From assembly GCA_977030845.1 (NCBI GenBank), contig OZ365110.1, positions 17,980,001 through 18,044,000 on the forward strand: DNA of 64,000 bases, given 5' to 3'. The notes under the pieces were generated by a model that was given only the letters and a program-made list of their open reading frames with translations, ran no database searches and was not told the origin of the DNA. Position 1 is the stretch's first letter; every line of letters starts with the position of its first letter. This DNA is from Fimbriosthenelais zetlandica. Taxonomy: Eukaryota. This document shows, in pieces, positions 52,200-64,000 of this stretch. The translations under genes were made by a program, and so were the position numbers.

Positions 52200-53400
52200 T
52201 TAGAGACTCCGGAAGGTCATGCCTCTAAACAAGCCTCGGCGTTGATCCACTGGCATCTGTCCTGTAAGGGTTGTTGTTGGCACAAGCCAGAGATGTCCTT
52301 GTCATGGACCAAAGACATCCCTGCCAGAAGCCCAAGTGATGGTTGAGATTAGGAGACACACACAAGAGATTAAACCATTCGGCAGGGGTGGGGGGACACT
52401 GGAATGGTCTTTTAGTCCTATCTTAGACTTAGCTTGCTTGACCAGGGGGTTGTCAGAGGGTGTGTGTTGGTGTCCCACCCCCCTCACCAAGTACCTCATA
52501 TGTGCCTACGCTGGGGATCTGTAATTGCACGCCTATAGCAGGCCTATGACAAGCCTTTCCCTAAGGGGAAGCCTTGCTCCCACTTTATCTCTCCTTCGCC
52601 GAGCCACCATGTCTTATTGATTCCCGCCACACCAGGCGGCAGCACCATCAGCCTCGCTCAATCTCAAGACCGCCATTTTTCATCCGGGTATTTCGTTGGA
52701 GGTGCTTACCAGAATGGCCATGGTCTGTCCTTGTAGGGCAATGAACGAGCACTATCGTTATTACAGTCCCAAAGTGCATCCCCAGAGTAGGCTGTTCTGA
52801 TTGTATTGCCATATACACCACTGCAGCAGAAACGTGCCTGAGAAAACCAAGATAGGGCAACCAGCTCTGTTGTCCTCCACCAAATCACTCTGAATCAAGA
52901 GCTATGTGTCCCTATCACAATTCCTATGAATGTTTATCAATGAATGAACTGTTCCTTGCAGATTCAGAAAAAATACATATTTATAGGGCTTATTTTTTCC
53001 GATAGATATAAATGATGCTTTGGGTAGTGTCGGGAGGGATAGATAAATAGTTTTTCCTTCCTACACTAATATCTCATATTATGCCCTGGGTTAGGTGTAA
53101 TACTATATATCTGACCTCAATATCAAGCTCATACACTGCTTAGGCCCCACATCAGAGATCCTCTGCATGAGAAGGGTCCAATTCCAACAGCCGTTACATC
53201 GATCTTCCGCAACTAGGCCAGCCAAACCAAGCAAGTACCATATGGAGTGAAAGGGCATGCAGTGAGTGAGAGAGGAAAGACAGACCGATGTTCTAAAAGA
53301 AGTTGTTGCGTGCTTGTGTTGGGAATTGCGATCCATGGATCACTCATATTCTAAATTTGGAATCATCTCACCCCAAACTTGGTAGAACGTTCAAAATGAC
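52200..53400 (-). mobile_element. Ngaro/DIRS retrotransposon remnant (RNase H to YR)
   Basis: TELVALSW...LWDCNNDS (cf. LEL.....W...CDN) upstream of HTPSDNPLVKQAKSKIG...TITWAS (YR N-terminal region). Confidence 0.45.
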
Positions 53401-54459
53401 CACCTGAGGTTCACCTAGCCTCCTGCAGCAATCCTGCTTTTTCTAGCGGATTATTTCTGGCGGTGTCACATAACTTCTGGGGGTCTGGTCACACGAAAGC
53501 GTGAACCTGGTTGCTGCTTGCTACAAGAATGCCATGTTGCTTAGGGTTGCACATGTCTTTCATGAATCTGAGATTTAATGTACTCGTGCACTCTATATCG
53601 CTATGATATGATATTCATAGAGAGCATATTATAAAAACTGTCACTGTGGGCAGGGGGCACTCCTCTGTCATATCTCGATAGGACCAAATTGGACCACATC
53701 AAGAAGAGAATACTTCCTTTCAACATTTGCCATTTCTCTCAGAGGATCCTTGTTATTATGCTGGGTCCTTCGCTCTGGCACAGGGGAGATCAGAGTCAGA
53801 AGAAGAGAAGAGTCGGACATTGGTGGACACAGTTGCCTCTGGCCTTGATCTGAGCTTAGTGAAATCTCCCAGGTTCACCTCGAGTGTTGAGAAAGTTCCA
53901 AACAGTATTTCTCTTGGTGGTAAATCATTATTGGAAACATCAGGTCCAGTGGATTTCTTTATTCTAATATGTATGTCCAGCATAATCTTTTTCATAATGT
54001 GTCTATTGAGGAATTGTGTTCGACAAAAAGTGGTCCCCTTTGAAGAGTATGTATAGCTTTTGTAGTTTGGTGAGGGGCCCGTGTAGGATCATCCAAGTCA
54101 TCGATCTCGCTAGATGGCGCCTCTCTGCTAATGTTCCTATGTGTCACGTGACTGGCATTGGTATTGGGCATGGGTAAGGGTGTTAAGGTGGCCTATTAGA
54201 CCCTTCACTCTGACCAAACCAGCTTCTGCATGCAGATAGCTTCATATGGCTTAGCATAGACCTCCCCGCAATACACTCAGCTCTGTGGACGCTATTAGCT
54301 CCTACCAAATGCATCAAGCCCGTGAAAAGAGGAAACGAGGGAATTATTCTTCCACTTCTCTCACTGATTCTTCCAATTAAACAATGCATCTGAATTTTTT
54401 TAAAAGGCACTGAAAGATGTTTTTTGTTGTCATTCTTCCTGAATTATTTGATGCGCTGG

Positions 54460-55080
54460 TCATAGAAGAGTGAAATGATACCTCGTAATGACTTTGAGAT
54501 ATTCATAGACCTGGGCTGGGTAAACAGTGTCAGTTTGCTGGAGTAGGCTGCACATCCTGTCTGTAATATGGTAAGGCCCATGCCTGAGCATGTCGCAGAT
54601 GTTGGTTTGCAGCGACATTCCTGTCGCTGCCCCCCAGGTCCCCTCCAACAGATGCCGCCTCCAGTTCACACTGCTCTTACCGCAAACACTGAAGGTCAGA
54701 TCTGTTATATATGCGTCTGTAGTACATGTGGGCACAATGACCCCTTTGACCTTTGTGTATGTAAGAAGGTCAAAGTTGACATCGTTTGGGGGCTAAGCTT
54801 TGTCACTCTCTTCGAAGGTTCAGTCTTTAGGTGGTTGAATTTTCACCTTGCTAAAGGTGAAAAGTACTTTGAACCAGAAACAGCTTGACCTTATTTCTCA
54901 ACCTTTAAATGACCTTGTGCACTTGGGGAAGATTTACCTAGAGTAGTTGTGCTGCATCCCATGGTGCCTTCCAATATATTGTCTATATTATTATCAGTTA
55001 GTACAACCTGGAGGTAAGCTTTTGGAGTACATGTAGTATGACGACTGGGTGTACCTGCATTGTCAGCCCTATACACCCCA
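54460..55080 (-). mobile_element. Probable Gypsy RNase H/integrase-linker remnant
   Basis: AYLQVVLTDNN (cf. YL.G..F...TDH) followed by TWGAATGMSLQTNICDML. Confidence 0.3.
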
Positions 55081-56483
55081 TTTCTAGCCAGGTCGACTTC
55101 ACCTTACAATGGAGACACGTGACTCGGCCCAACCAACAACAACACTTGTCTCATGTTGCTGAGTTAGCTGAAATGTAAACCGCCCCACAAATGGCCTTCT
55201 CGTGTAGGCCTGGCTCGCCTTGTTACCTACACACTACCCGCCTTGACTACCGACGCGCTAACACTGATGTTAGTACACACTGGGGTGTCTTCTAACCTGA
55301 ATCCTCTTTACCGATTTTAAAATTTCCATTAAGCGATTAATGGTGTTTGTGAGAGGTCAGAGAGATAAACAAGGTATTGAAATCCAGGGCATGAAATGTA
55401 GAAACTCTTCTGAATTAAGGAAGCTCATTGCTTATTCACTGTTATAGTATGAGTAATTTGCGTTATTCAGGCTGATTCACACTCTGTGACCATGTTGTGC
55501 TGCGAATGCACTGTGCCGCCTCTGCATATCACAGGTTAAAAAATAATGATCAATGGAATGATGTTAACGTCGCCCTCACTATCAAGTGTAAAACCCACAG
55601 GCAATTCAGAAATGGTCGATCGGCCACACTATTAATGTAGGCCTATATGTTAATATAAGTTGCGTCAAAGTACAAATTAGCATAATACTGGCAGTTGTGC
55701 ATAATAATAAAAATGTATGGTTGACTTGTGTCTGTCATGCATATTCCTTGGGTGCATTTGAATCCAGATACTGGAGTGCTCACATACGTATTAGCGACCG
55801 TTGGTTTATTCACTGACCGTTTTACCCTCTTTAGGCTACTTGCCCCATGTTACAGTGCCTTATGGCTTTGTCACCAAGTATTAAACATGTTACAGTTTGA
55901 TAACCTTGATATACGTTGCAGTATGCAACATGGACTGTGTAAGGCGGGTACAGTTTGTGGATCACCCTAAGGAGGCTTTGCCCTCTGCTACAACTATTTT
56001 GTCTCATGGGAGCCTCCTATATTTTACTACCCTCGACAGTGCATCTGACAGTGTATTCCTACTCGGGCACATCATTGGCAGCACTTAGTGAGGGGGAGTC
56101 CGACTTATTTTAGAAACATAAAACCCTGTTAAGCTCCTAGCATGCCATCGCTGTGGACATGACTGTTGGTCGGATTGAAGTAATGCCATCGCATGTTGGA
56201 ATAACGTGTCAAAACAAGAAGAGCTTTTATCGAATACAGGTGACAGGACTAACGGTGTTGCTTGGTGCTTCATGAGACTGAGTATTTATTCTGAAATTTA
56301 GTTACCCATTGCTCATCCAAAAAGTTAAAGCACCATAGACGATATCTGTTTTGAAATGCCAGCCTTTCTGTCATGAGGGGGTCTGATTTAAATATGTTAT
56401 CACTGCATATTATTTGCCTAAATATGTTGCACCCCATGTACCAGTATCATGTGACTCTTCAGTAGAAGCATGAAACTGGCCCT

Positions 56484-56882
56484 TAAACCGGGCCTCCACT
56501 GCGGCGACAAGCCTGTCGCAAGGGTTGCGACAGCTATTTGGCAGGATTTAGAAAGCCTGGCCAGAGGGCGAATCAAACGGAACTACTGGCTGGTAACCGG
56601 AAGTGGCCCTGTCGCACGACATTGTCGCGGCAATGGAGGCAGATTGTCGCTGATGTGGTCATATGATTTGCTGATGGTATTCAGGTAATGTCGCAAGACA
56701 GTGTCGCATCAATTGAGGCCTCTGTCGTCCCATGTCGCTTCAATTTCTGCATGAAAATGTCGCTGCAATGGAGGACCATGTCGCTTCTGTCGTACGTCGT
56801 CGCATACACCTTGCGACAAAGGCTTGTCGTGGCGATATTGTCGTGCGACACTGTCGTCACTGGTTGAAGTGTACCCGCACTT
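56484..56882. mobile_element. PIF/Harbinger-type MITE-like element packed with TGTCG motifs
   Basis: Imperfect TIRs (left TAAACCGGGCCTCCACTG; right reverse complement AAGTGCGGGTACACT). By-eye count: 14 TGTCG and 5 CGACA in about 400 bp. Confidence 0.5.
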
Positions 56883-58699
56883 CCTGTGGTCCTGCTATAC
56901 AGTTGATTTGTCCTCACCCATCTTCTTCTGAACTTCTGACTGGACATTGAGAATGTCCGAGAATTTGACTGCACAGACTGCACAGGTGTCCTTGAAAACC
57001 AGCTCTGGGATGGAGAGTATGGAGCAATGACGTTGCCCAGTCATTTACCCATTCCTTTCTTACGAGTAACCCTACTGTAGGCCTCTTCCACCCTTTTTAA
57101 AGAACTTCTGGATCCTTCCCTCTTATCTTTCAGGGCGGTAACTGAGGTCCTCTTTTGGAACCGCAAGGGAATCTACTTTTAGCCGATGGAAATGGGGGTG
57201 TTATACTGATTTCTAGTAGGCGAGGGCTGCATGTGAGGAAGGAGGCAAATGGTGGGTGGTGAGGTACTGAGCGGGGACTTGGGTGTCTCTTAACGACCAT
57301 CACCTAACAACGAGCTCTCGTTCTTAACAGATCAACTTCAGCTTCCCCATCTTTCTCACTCTCTGCAGGAAAATTGGTTCTCCCCGCTGCAAATTTCTTG
57401 CCCTTCTACGAAATATCATCTCTAATGTTTGATGCCATGCATCTGTCCCTCTGTCCTGTCGTCCATGACTCTGTCAGCGGTCTTGACTCTGGGCGGGGTG
57501 CCTGGGGTTGTGTTCTGGGGTTGACAGGGTTCAGAGAGGATGGTCATCTCCAAACTGGCATTTGCCATGTAATGTCATAAATGCAGCGTAATGTCGAATT
57601 TGGCAGAGTTATTAAACGACAAATATGCCATGTTTGTAAGCTTGAATATTGGATCTGTACTTAAAAAGTTTGTATTTTGCACTTTAATTAATTGCCTTGG
57701 GGAGACCAGTCACAGTTCCGAACTGGCTTACCACAGACCATTAAGAAAATGGTGAAACGTGAGCAATTGATTTAAAAAGGCCACTCTCTTGATCAGCCCA
57801 AAATTACTCCTCTTTGAACACACCATAATGATGTCAAAAATATTTGTGAAATAATTACAACATGCAGATCTTTTCATTTACGTTGCCCTTGCTGGGGAAT
57901 TTTGCTGCTACATTCATGCTGAATTTCATTAATAATAATTAACACCATTTGTCACATATTGAAAATTATTATAGCATTCATAATTATAGAAAACTGTTCC
58001 ACGTCCAGAAGATAGGAGATATTACAATCTGTGAAATGGTTATGTGGCTCCTGAAAAGGGAAGGCTTTTCAGGAAAAATATGAATTACACTTACCGAAAA
58101 AGAGTAGCCTTGTTGTCAACGAAAATTCACTTGCAGGGTCTCCGTTATCAAATCATTTGCTCCGATTGCCTGTGAACAAGTTTTACCAATATTTAATATT
58201 GAATTACCACATGGAGAGTGGGAGCCTAGCTCACCAGATCTTCTTTGGATTTCAAAGAAATTCACACGTGACATCGTGTCCTTTAATTGAGGCTGATTAG
58301 TTGGAAATGTGGCAATTCGATTCAAAGATTCTTATCCCTGTAAAATGTATCTGAAAAGAATAATACTTTTGGGGAATCTGACAAGATTAATATTATGATC
58401 TACAGATACAAATAATATAATAATTATACAATCTATGATGCCTGAAAAGTTTTTGAAAGTGACGTTAAACACCATTCAATCACAATCTATACGATTATTA
58501 CCATCCAACACCAATATATTCTTTGTGGATGTCATAAAAAAGCACTTCACTCGGAGTGCTTTATCATTCCTTTCCCATACACTCATTTATGTACCATTCA
58601 TTTACTGTCAATGTTTATATCATACGCAGTAGCAGGCACATTGATAAAAACCCTTTGGGTATATTTGAAAAGGATGGTTGTGTGGTGAGAGTAATTCTA

Positions 58700-59930
58700 T
58701 CACTCTCCGAGAGTGAGATACCACCCTGATCGCTTTCACTGGCTTGGACAGCGTTCCTCCATTACCTAAAGCTGAAGGCCCATCCTAGAACGGCTGGAGG
58801 AAAAGCAGGGGGTCGGCCCGACAAGGTTAGCCCGATTTATCATACCTTTCCATGGGGCTTATTCTGCATCAGGGGACCCTTTCGAAAGGGATGATTGGCA
58901 ATGTCTCTGGCTTAGCTCTTCATTATTATTCAGAGGAGTTGATGCATCCTATATATATCTGTGGTGTACTTGTTTCCATTACTTTAGCCATGGAAAGTTA
59001 GCAGGTTGTGGAATAAATCTCCTCATGCACTATCCCTTCCTTCATCTTGCTTTTGGATATTGCTATCACAATGTGACTCAATAACGGCTTCATGTTGCTG
59101 TTCTTAAATCGTGTTCAATCAAAGTTAAATTGATACTCCCTGGAGTGGTTTTTAGTTTCATTGCGTTGGCCAGACAATTGAACATGGAAAGAAATCTCGG
59201 TAAAGATCATCACTGCAATTGATACAGAATCCATAGTTTTGCCAATTTGCATTATTTTTACCATAGGTAAAGGTCTTAGTGTGTTGTTGTCGTCTCACCC
59301 ATGCAGCATATATATGGTCAGACTTTTGTATACAGCCACCCCTTCCAAATGTAGCGTACATTGCGAGGGAGGAGTCTTTCATTGACATTCTTGAGCCACT
59401 CTCTCCGATACCATTCAACACAAGCGACTCCAAATGCAGCATCCAAGCAAGAAAATGACCAGATTCAAATCTTGATGAATATCTATAGGCGTCTTATACA
59501 GGAGGGCGCAGAAAGCTGAAAACCTAATGAATCAGTAAAAAGAGGGGTTTATATGACTTCTTGCAGTGATTAATTATATTTGATTATGACCCTATGCCAA
59601 AGAGCCACTCGACTATCCCAGATCACACACACCACTTCACGTGCTTTCCACTTGGCGGCTCGACATTGTCCCAACTCGTTGTAAAAGAGGGTTACTTCTA
59701 TGTCGGCAGCCAGTGTTAGTAATGCAAAGCATGCTTGGTCGACCACGGATTATCCACTCATAATTTCTCCCACGTCTGCTTCTACTTAAAAGAATTGCTT
59801 CAGATTTAAACCCCGCTGGCTCCAGGGAAAAGCTGTTATTATAGTAATGAAGATTTTCCCTTTTCCTTATAGATTTTTCTGAGATGATGGCTTCTGAGGA
59901 GCCATGCATATTACATTGATGGATCAAGAT
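58700..59930 (-). mobile_element. CR1/L2 LINE ORF2 remnant (endonuclease and linker)
   Basis: GFKSEAILLSRSRRGR, then KSDHIY...KTFTYGKNNANWQNY (cf. SDH...Y.KANW..F). Confidence 0.45.
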
Positions 59931-60347
59931 GGTGCCTCAGGCCCATAGAGGGAGAAATAAACAGTATTCCAGGAGAAGCCAGAATAAAAGATGGAGGAAC
60001 AGAGGCGGAGGGTGGGGGTTGGGGAGGGGGAAGATTAGCTATTTTTAGTGGCGTTAGATCCTGCGGGGAAACGAGGACAAAACAGTGGAAGAAGGGTCGA
60101 TGATTCTAAGATTAAAGCTAACGTACAATTGACAATTGCAATAAGCATTTCATTCCTTTAATCAGAATGATGCCTATAACGGTCTAGTTCTTTACCGCTG
60201 GTATTTTAAGTATTGACCTGTATCTCGATCATTTGAGAAAGGTAAATGTCAACTCTGAAAGCCTACTGAAAGCATCGTCGGAATTATATATGTTAAAGCA
60301 GCTGTAAGTCGCATACAGTGATACAGTGAGTGTTCTCTCAAATCTTG

Positions 60348-60587
60348 CTATATGTAAACAAAGAGCGAATATTGTGAAAAGGAGGTACATTCAGACATAT
60401 TACTTGTGTGGGATGTAATTACTCTGGCAGATATCACGCTTTCGCCAATGGCATATTTGAAGTGGCTTCCATTTATACTAATATCCATTGTCATCCCACA
60501 TACCGTACTATTTACCATACTACATTTACGGGTAGAGAAACTGTTACAACAGTCTCCTATTATAAATGATAATCCATGAGGTATCAT
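60348..60587 (-). mobile_element. L2/Rex-type endonuclease remnant
   Basis: PHGLSFIIGDCCN (cf. P.A.FIIGDFN) and VCGMTMDISIN (cf. TR..TLD). Confidence 0.4.
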
Positions 60588-63560
60588 TTAATTAATGGAT
60601 TTTCCACCCTGTTAGATTTCTTCCACCTTGGTGCATCGCATCATTTGTTGGAGTGTTACAGTTTTTCCTGCATCCTCTGAATAATTAAAAGGCAATGTAT
60701 TTTTGCAGTCCCATAGCAAATACCAGGCTTTATTCAGCAGGATGCAGCTGACATTCCTTTACTGAAGGATTGAACTTGTTTTCTGGAATTGAACGTGCAA
60801 GTATAGGGCCAATAATCAGGTCAATCCATTCAACGCATCATGGATTGTTGTGGGATAGGATAACCATTTTATGTCTATAGATGTATTGTATTGAGAACTG
60901 ACACCAGAACATGTGTCTTGATTCCTGCAAAATGTGTGCACATACACTGTTAAAAATCCTAATGGAATTGACTGGCCGCCACACTGAAAATCGCAAAATC
61001 AGTTAGAATTGCCTCACCAAATTTAGCCAGATAAAATTCTATTGTATTCTGGGGGCGCAGCTTTGTCCAATTTCGTCCAACTTAAATCTCTTTAATTTCT
61101 AGGTGGAATTAACTAGCATTTCCTTAATTACCCTAATCACTTCACCATCCACCCGGGATAATGACTAGAAGTGTATACATTTACTATAGCAGAAATTAAT
61201 CAGAACGTCAAAACATGAAATCCACAATTAATGCTGAGGATAAGTAAGTATTTAATTCAGTTTCATGGCATTTTAGTCTAACTTTAATCACCCAAGCATT
61301 GCTACTAAATGAAAACGGACTAGCAAGCATTGCAAAGTATTAAAGACTTAAATCTCTGAGTCCCTCTACGTTTCATACAGATGAAATCCTTATCTTCCTC
61401 CCACACGGGGATCCCTAAATCTCTGTGAGTTTACAAAGATGAACTGTAGTTTTAGCGCCCTGCACTGTCTATCGATCTTGGCCCCTCTTATGATTGGTCC
61501 CCACACAGACAGTTACATGTGTCCCCAGAGCCTGTAAAATGATGACAAAGGCCAGGAATGGGTGGGGAAGGGATGTATGGATCCATACAACAACTGAAAA
61601 AAATGCTGGTCTTGGACTCGTACTTGGTGCTGTGTTTTTTGAAGGCATTGTGTTGCTGCTCTTGGGAGCATGCCGTGACGCAGAGCTGGGCAAACCAGTG
61701 GAAGAGGCTTGATGTATGGTCCCATCGACTCTTGAATCTCTCCCCAGGCTGAGTGGACCGGGTGAATGGACTGTATTTGTGGTTGAGGAAAGGGTGAGGA
61801 TGGGTAAAAAAAAAAGTGTTTAATAGTTGAGTGGGGAGAGTTCATTGAAAAGTTACCATCAGAAGAATGAATGAATCTATTGTTTTTTTGCTGATCTTCC
61901 CTCCCATCCCTACCGCTCTAAATAAAAATATTGGCTTATCCTCTGATCAGAGCATCCATTCTGTAGTTGAGCGCTGGGTTACTCTTTATCTGGGTGGGAT
62001 GCAGGGTCACATACACGCTGGTTATCTGTGCTGACTGATAAGACAGTGTTAAGTCCATGCCACCCTCCTACATTATTTTCCTAATCGAATTATGATGTCC
62101 TATTTGTAGTCAACAGTCGAGGAGGACGCCGCAATAACCCCTGGGAAAAATTAATCGTTGCTCCATGTTGGGTCGCGGAGATACTATGTTAATATTTGTT
62201 GCTGGATTTAGATAAATTGCCGTCGTGAATAACTCGGGCCTTTTTGGTATGCGGCGGTGGGTGAAATGGGGGACGGTTGCTGCTGAAACAGGTCATGATG
62301 CCAATTATGTTCCAGGTGCCATGGGTATATATACCGGAGTAAAAACATTGAGAGGATGGTATACAGTATAAGCCTGAGGTCATTTTCGGAGACGATTGAG
62401 AATGATATATTCAACATTGACCAAGGGCAAATCTATGTGTTGCTAGTCTGTAGTATAAAATCTAACTTGAAAACCTTTGGTGAAGAAAGGCAACCCCTTT
62501 TCAACGTAACTGTTGCACTAATGTTCATGCCTCATGCCAGAACTACCTAAAGTACTTCCCTCTCCCGTCTCCATCCACCTCCTTATCCTTCCCATTTCCT
62601 CCTAGATAGACCTTTGCCTGCTTGTCGTCAACACCATATTTTCTGTGTGTAATCAATTGATATCGATTCTACCTCTTGCTCGCCAACATAACGCCCATAA
62701 TGCTTGAATGCTCATCCGATTTAGCCTGGGCCTGGTTTAGGTGATTGAATGGTAGAAGATGAGGCATGTTAGATGTGGTCCAGAAGGAATCCATGCCTAG
62801 CTTATATGAAGCCATCTTTAATAGACTTAGTCTGGGGAATGATTCAGAAAAGAATTGAATGCTTGGCTTAGCAGATAAACTCTCATATGCCCAAATTGTA
62901 TCTGTAAATTTGTTTACGCCCTTTGCATTTTGTTTCATATTATTTTTTCCTATTTGTAATGGATTCATTTTTAGCTTTCTAGATTGTTTTTTCAATTGGT
63001 CTTTTTGTTAAAAAGAAATGTAAATTTTACTCAATTTATATTGATGAAAATGAAAAGCTTTGAAGTAATGTTAGTAGAGAAAGTAATTCAGCCTTTGTGA
63101 AATGCAAGACAGGACCGGTCGATCAGCCATCACATGAGCAGTGCACATCTCCGCTGAAGAAATGTTGTGTTGCTGTGGGCAGAAATAGAATGATGTATGA
63201 GCATAGCTTAGTTTTGACAGTTCCTTGCCGGAAATACAAAGTCAGGAATATAACTCCCTACGTCAGCACAAATAGCTTTGGCATCCTCCTCGAGAGAGGA
63301 CTGCTAATCTTTTAAAAGGTGTCTTTGTAGGTGTCATTTTACCACCGTCTCTTTCGCTCCTTCTCGTGACTGCAATAATTTATATGTTTTTTTGACTGAT
63401 TCTTAATTCAGAATTATCGCGACACTATAGTGCAATTAAAGGCTACCTCTTAAGTCATGGGGAGCCTGCCATATTATTATTTAACCAATGAGTATAGCCT
63501 ATATATAATATGTCATCAATAGCAGTAGGTCGACTTTGTTGCAGTTCAACCCATACATGA

Positions 63561-63597
63561 CTCTATAAAAATTGTGATATGGCTCTATAAAAATTGT
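63561..63597. repeat. 22-bp period tandem duplication
   Basis: CTCTATAAAAATTGT at 63561 and 63583. Confidence 0.85.
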
Positions 63598-64000
63598 AAC
63601 TAAAGAAATATCGGGAGAGGAATGTGTACCTTACCTCCTGGTAGCTAATCTTTGGGAATTCCACAAATCCTCTCTGGTCCCGTTCTTTTCCTAAAATATT
63701 TCATTCTATTAGTCGCCCCAAGCGCCACCCTATTTCCTGCATAGCTTTTATTTCCATGGGAAAATGTACCTCGTTTCCTGTGTTGCCACGTTCAATTCCC
63801 GCGAACGCGCGTTCTCCAACATTCCCACGATTGTAACAACAACATATCAAAAGTTGAAATGACGGATCACCTCGCATTCAATGTGCATCGATTTTACTGC
63901 TGCTTGTGGTGTGATTCTTCTGGATGTAACATTCCTGCATATTATTATTCTCATACATGGTATATTAGCCTTACATTATTTGCTTTGATTTGTCTCCCAA

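Noticed and set aside
1-64000. CRISPR arrays, rRNA, telomeric repeats and prokaryotic operon features
   Set aside because: None seen. The sequence is eukaryotic (spliceosomal intron, Pol III tRNA genes, retroelement relics).

Overview
Eukaryotic, AT-rich, gene-poor window from an animal, probably a marine invertebrate; an echinoderm is a tentative guess from the repeat landscape. Only two protein-coding genes are well supported, both on + in the first 4.5 kb. They are a tandem pair of highly divergent Ras-superfamily small-GTPase-fold genes: gene 1 = join(921..1148,1584..2069), 237 aa; gene 2 = 3683..4471, intronless, 262 aa. Both replace the guanine-specificity G4 box (N/TKxD) with the same unusual VGTWxGxRP motif, both have damaged Mg2+/catalytic residues, and neither has a CaaX box. 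They are candidate pseudo-GTPases with TATA-box promoters, and there are kB-like sites upstream of gene 2. A ~170-bp tandem array at 47.4-47.9 kb holds three tRNA-Leu genes (AAG, TAG, TAG) plus a 5'-truncated copy. The remaining ~55 kb is mostly decayed retroelement fragments (DIRS/Ngaro, Gypsy, CR1/L2/RTE LINEs) and MITE-like elements. Nearly all fragments I could orient lie on the minus strand, which suggests a unistrand piRNA-cluster-like locus or a long intron of a + strand gene. TE calls are by-eye motif recognition across frameshifts, and their boundaries are approximate.
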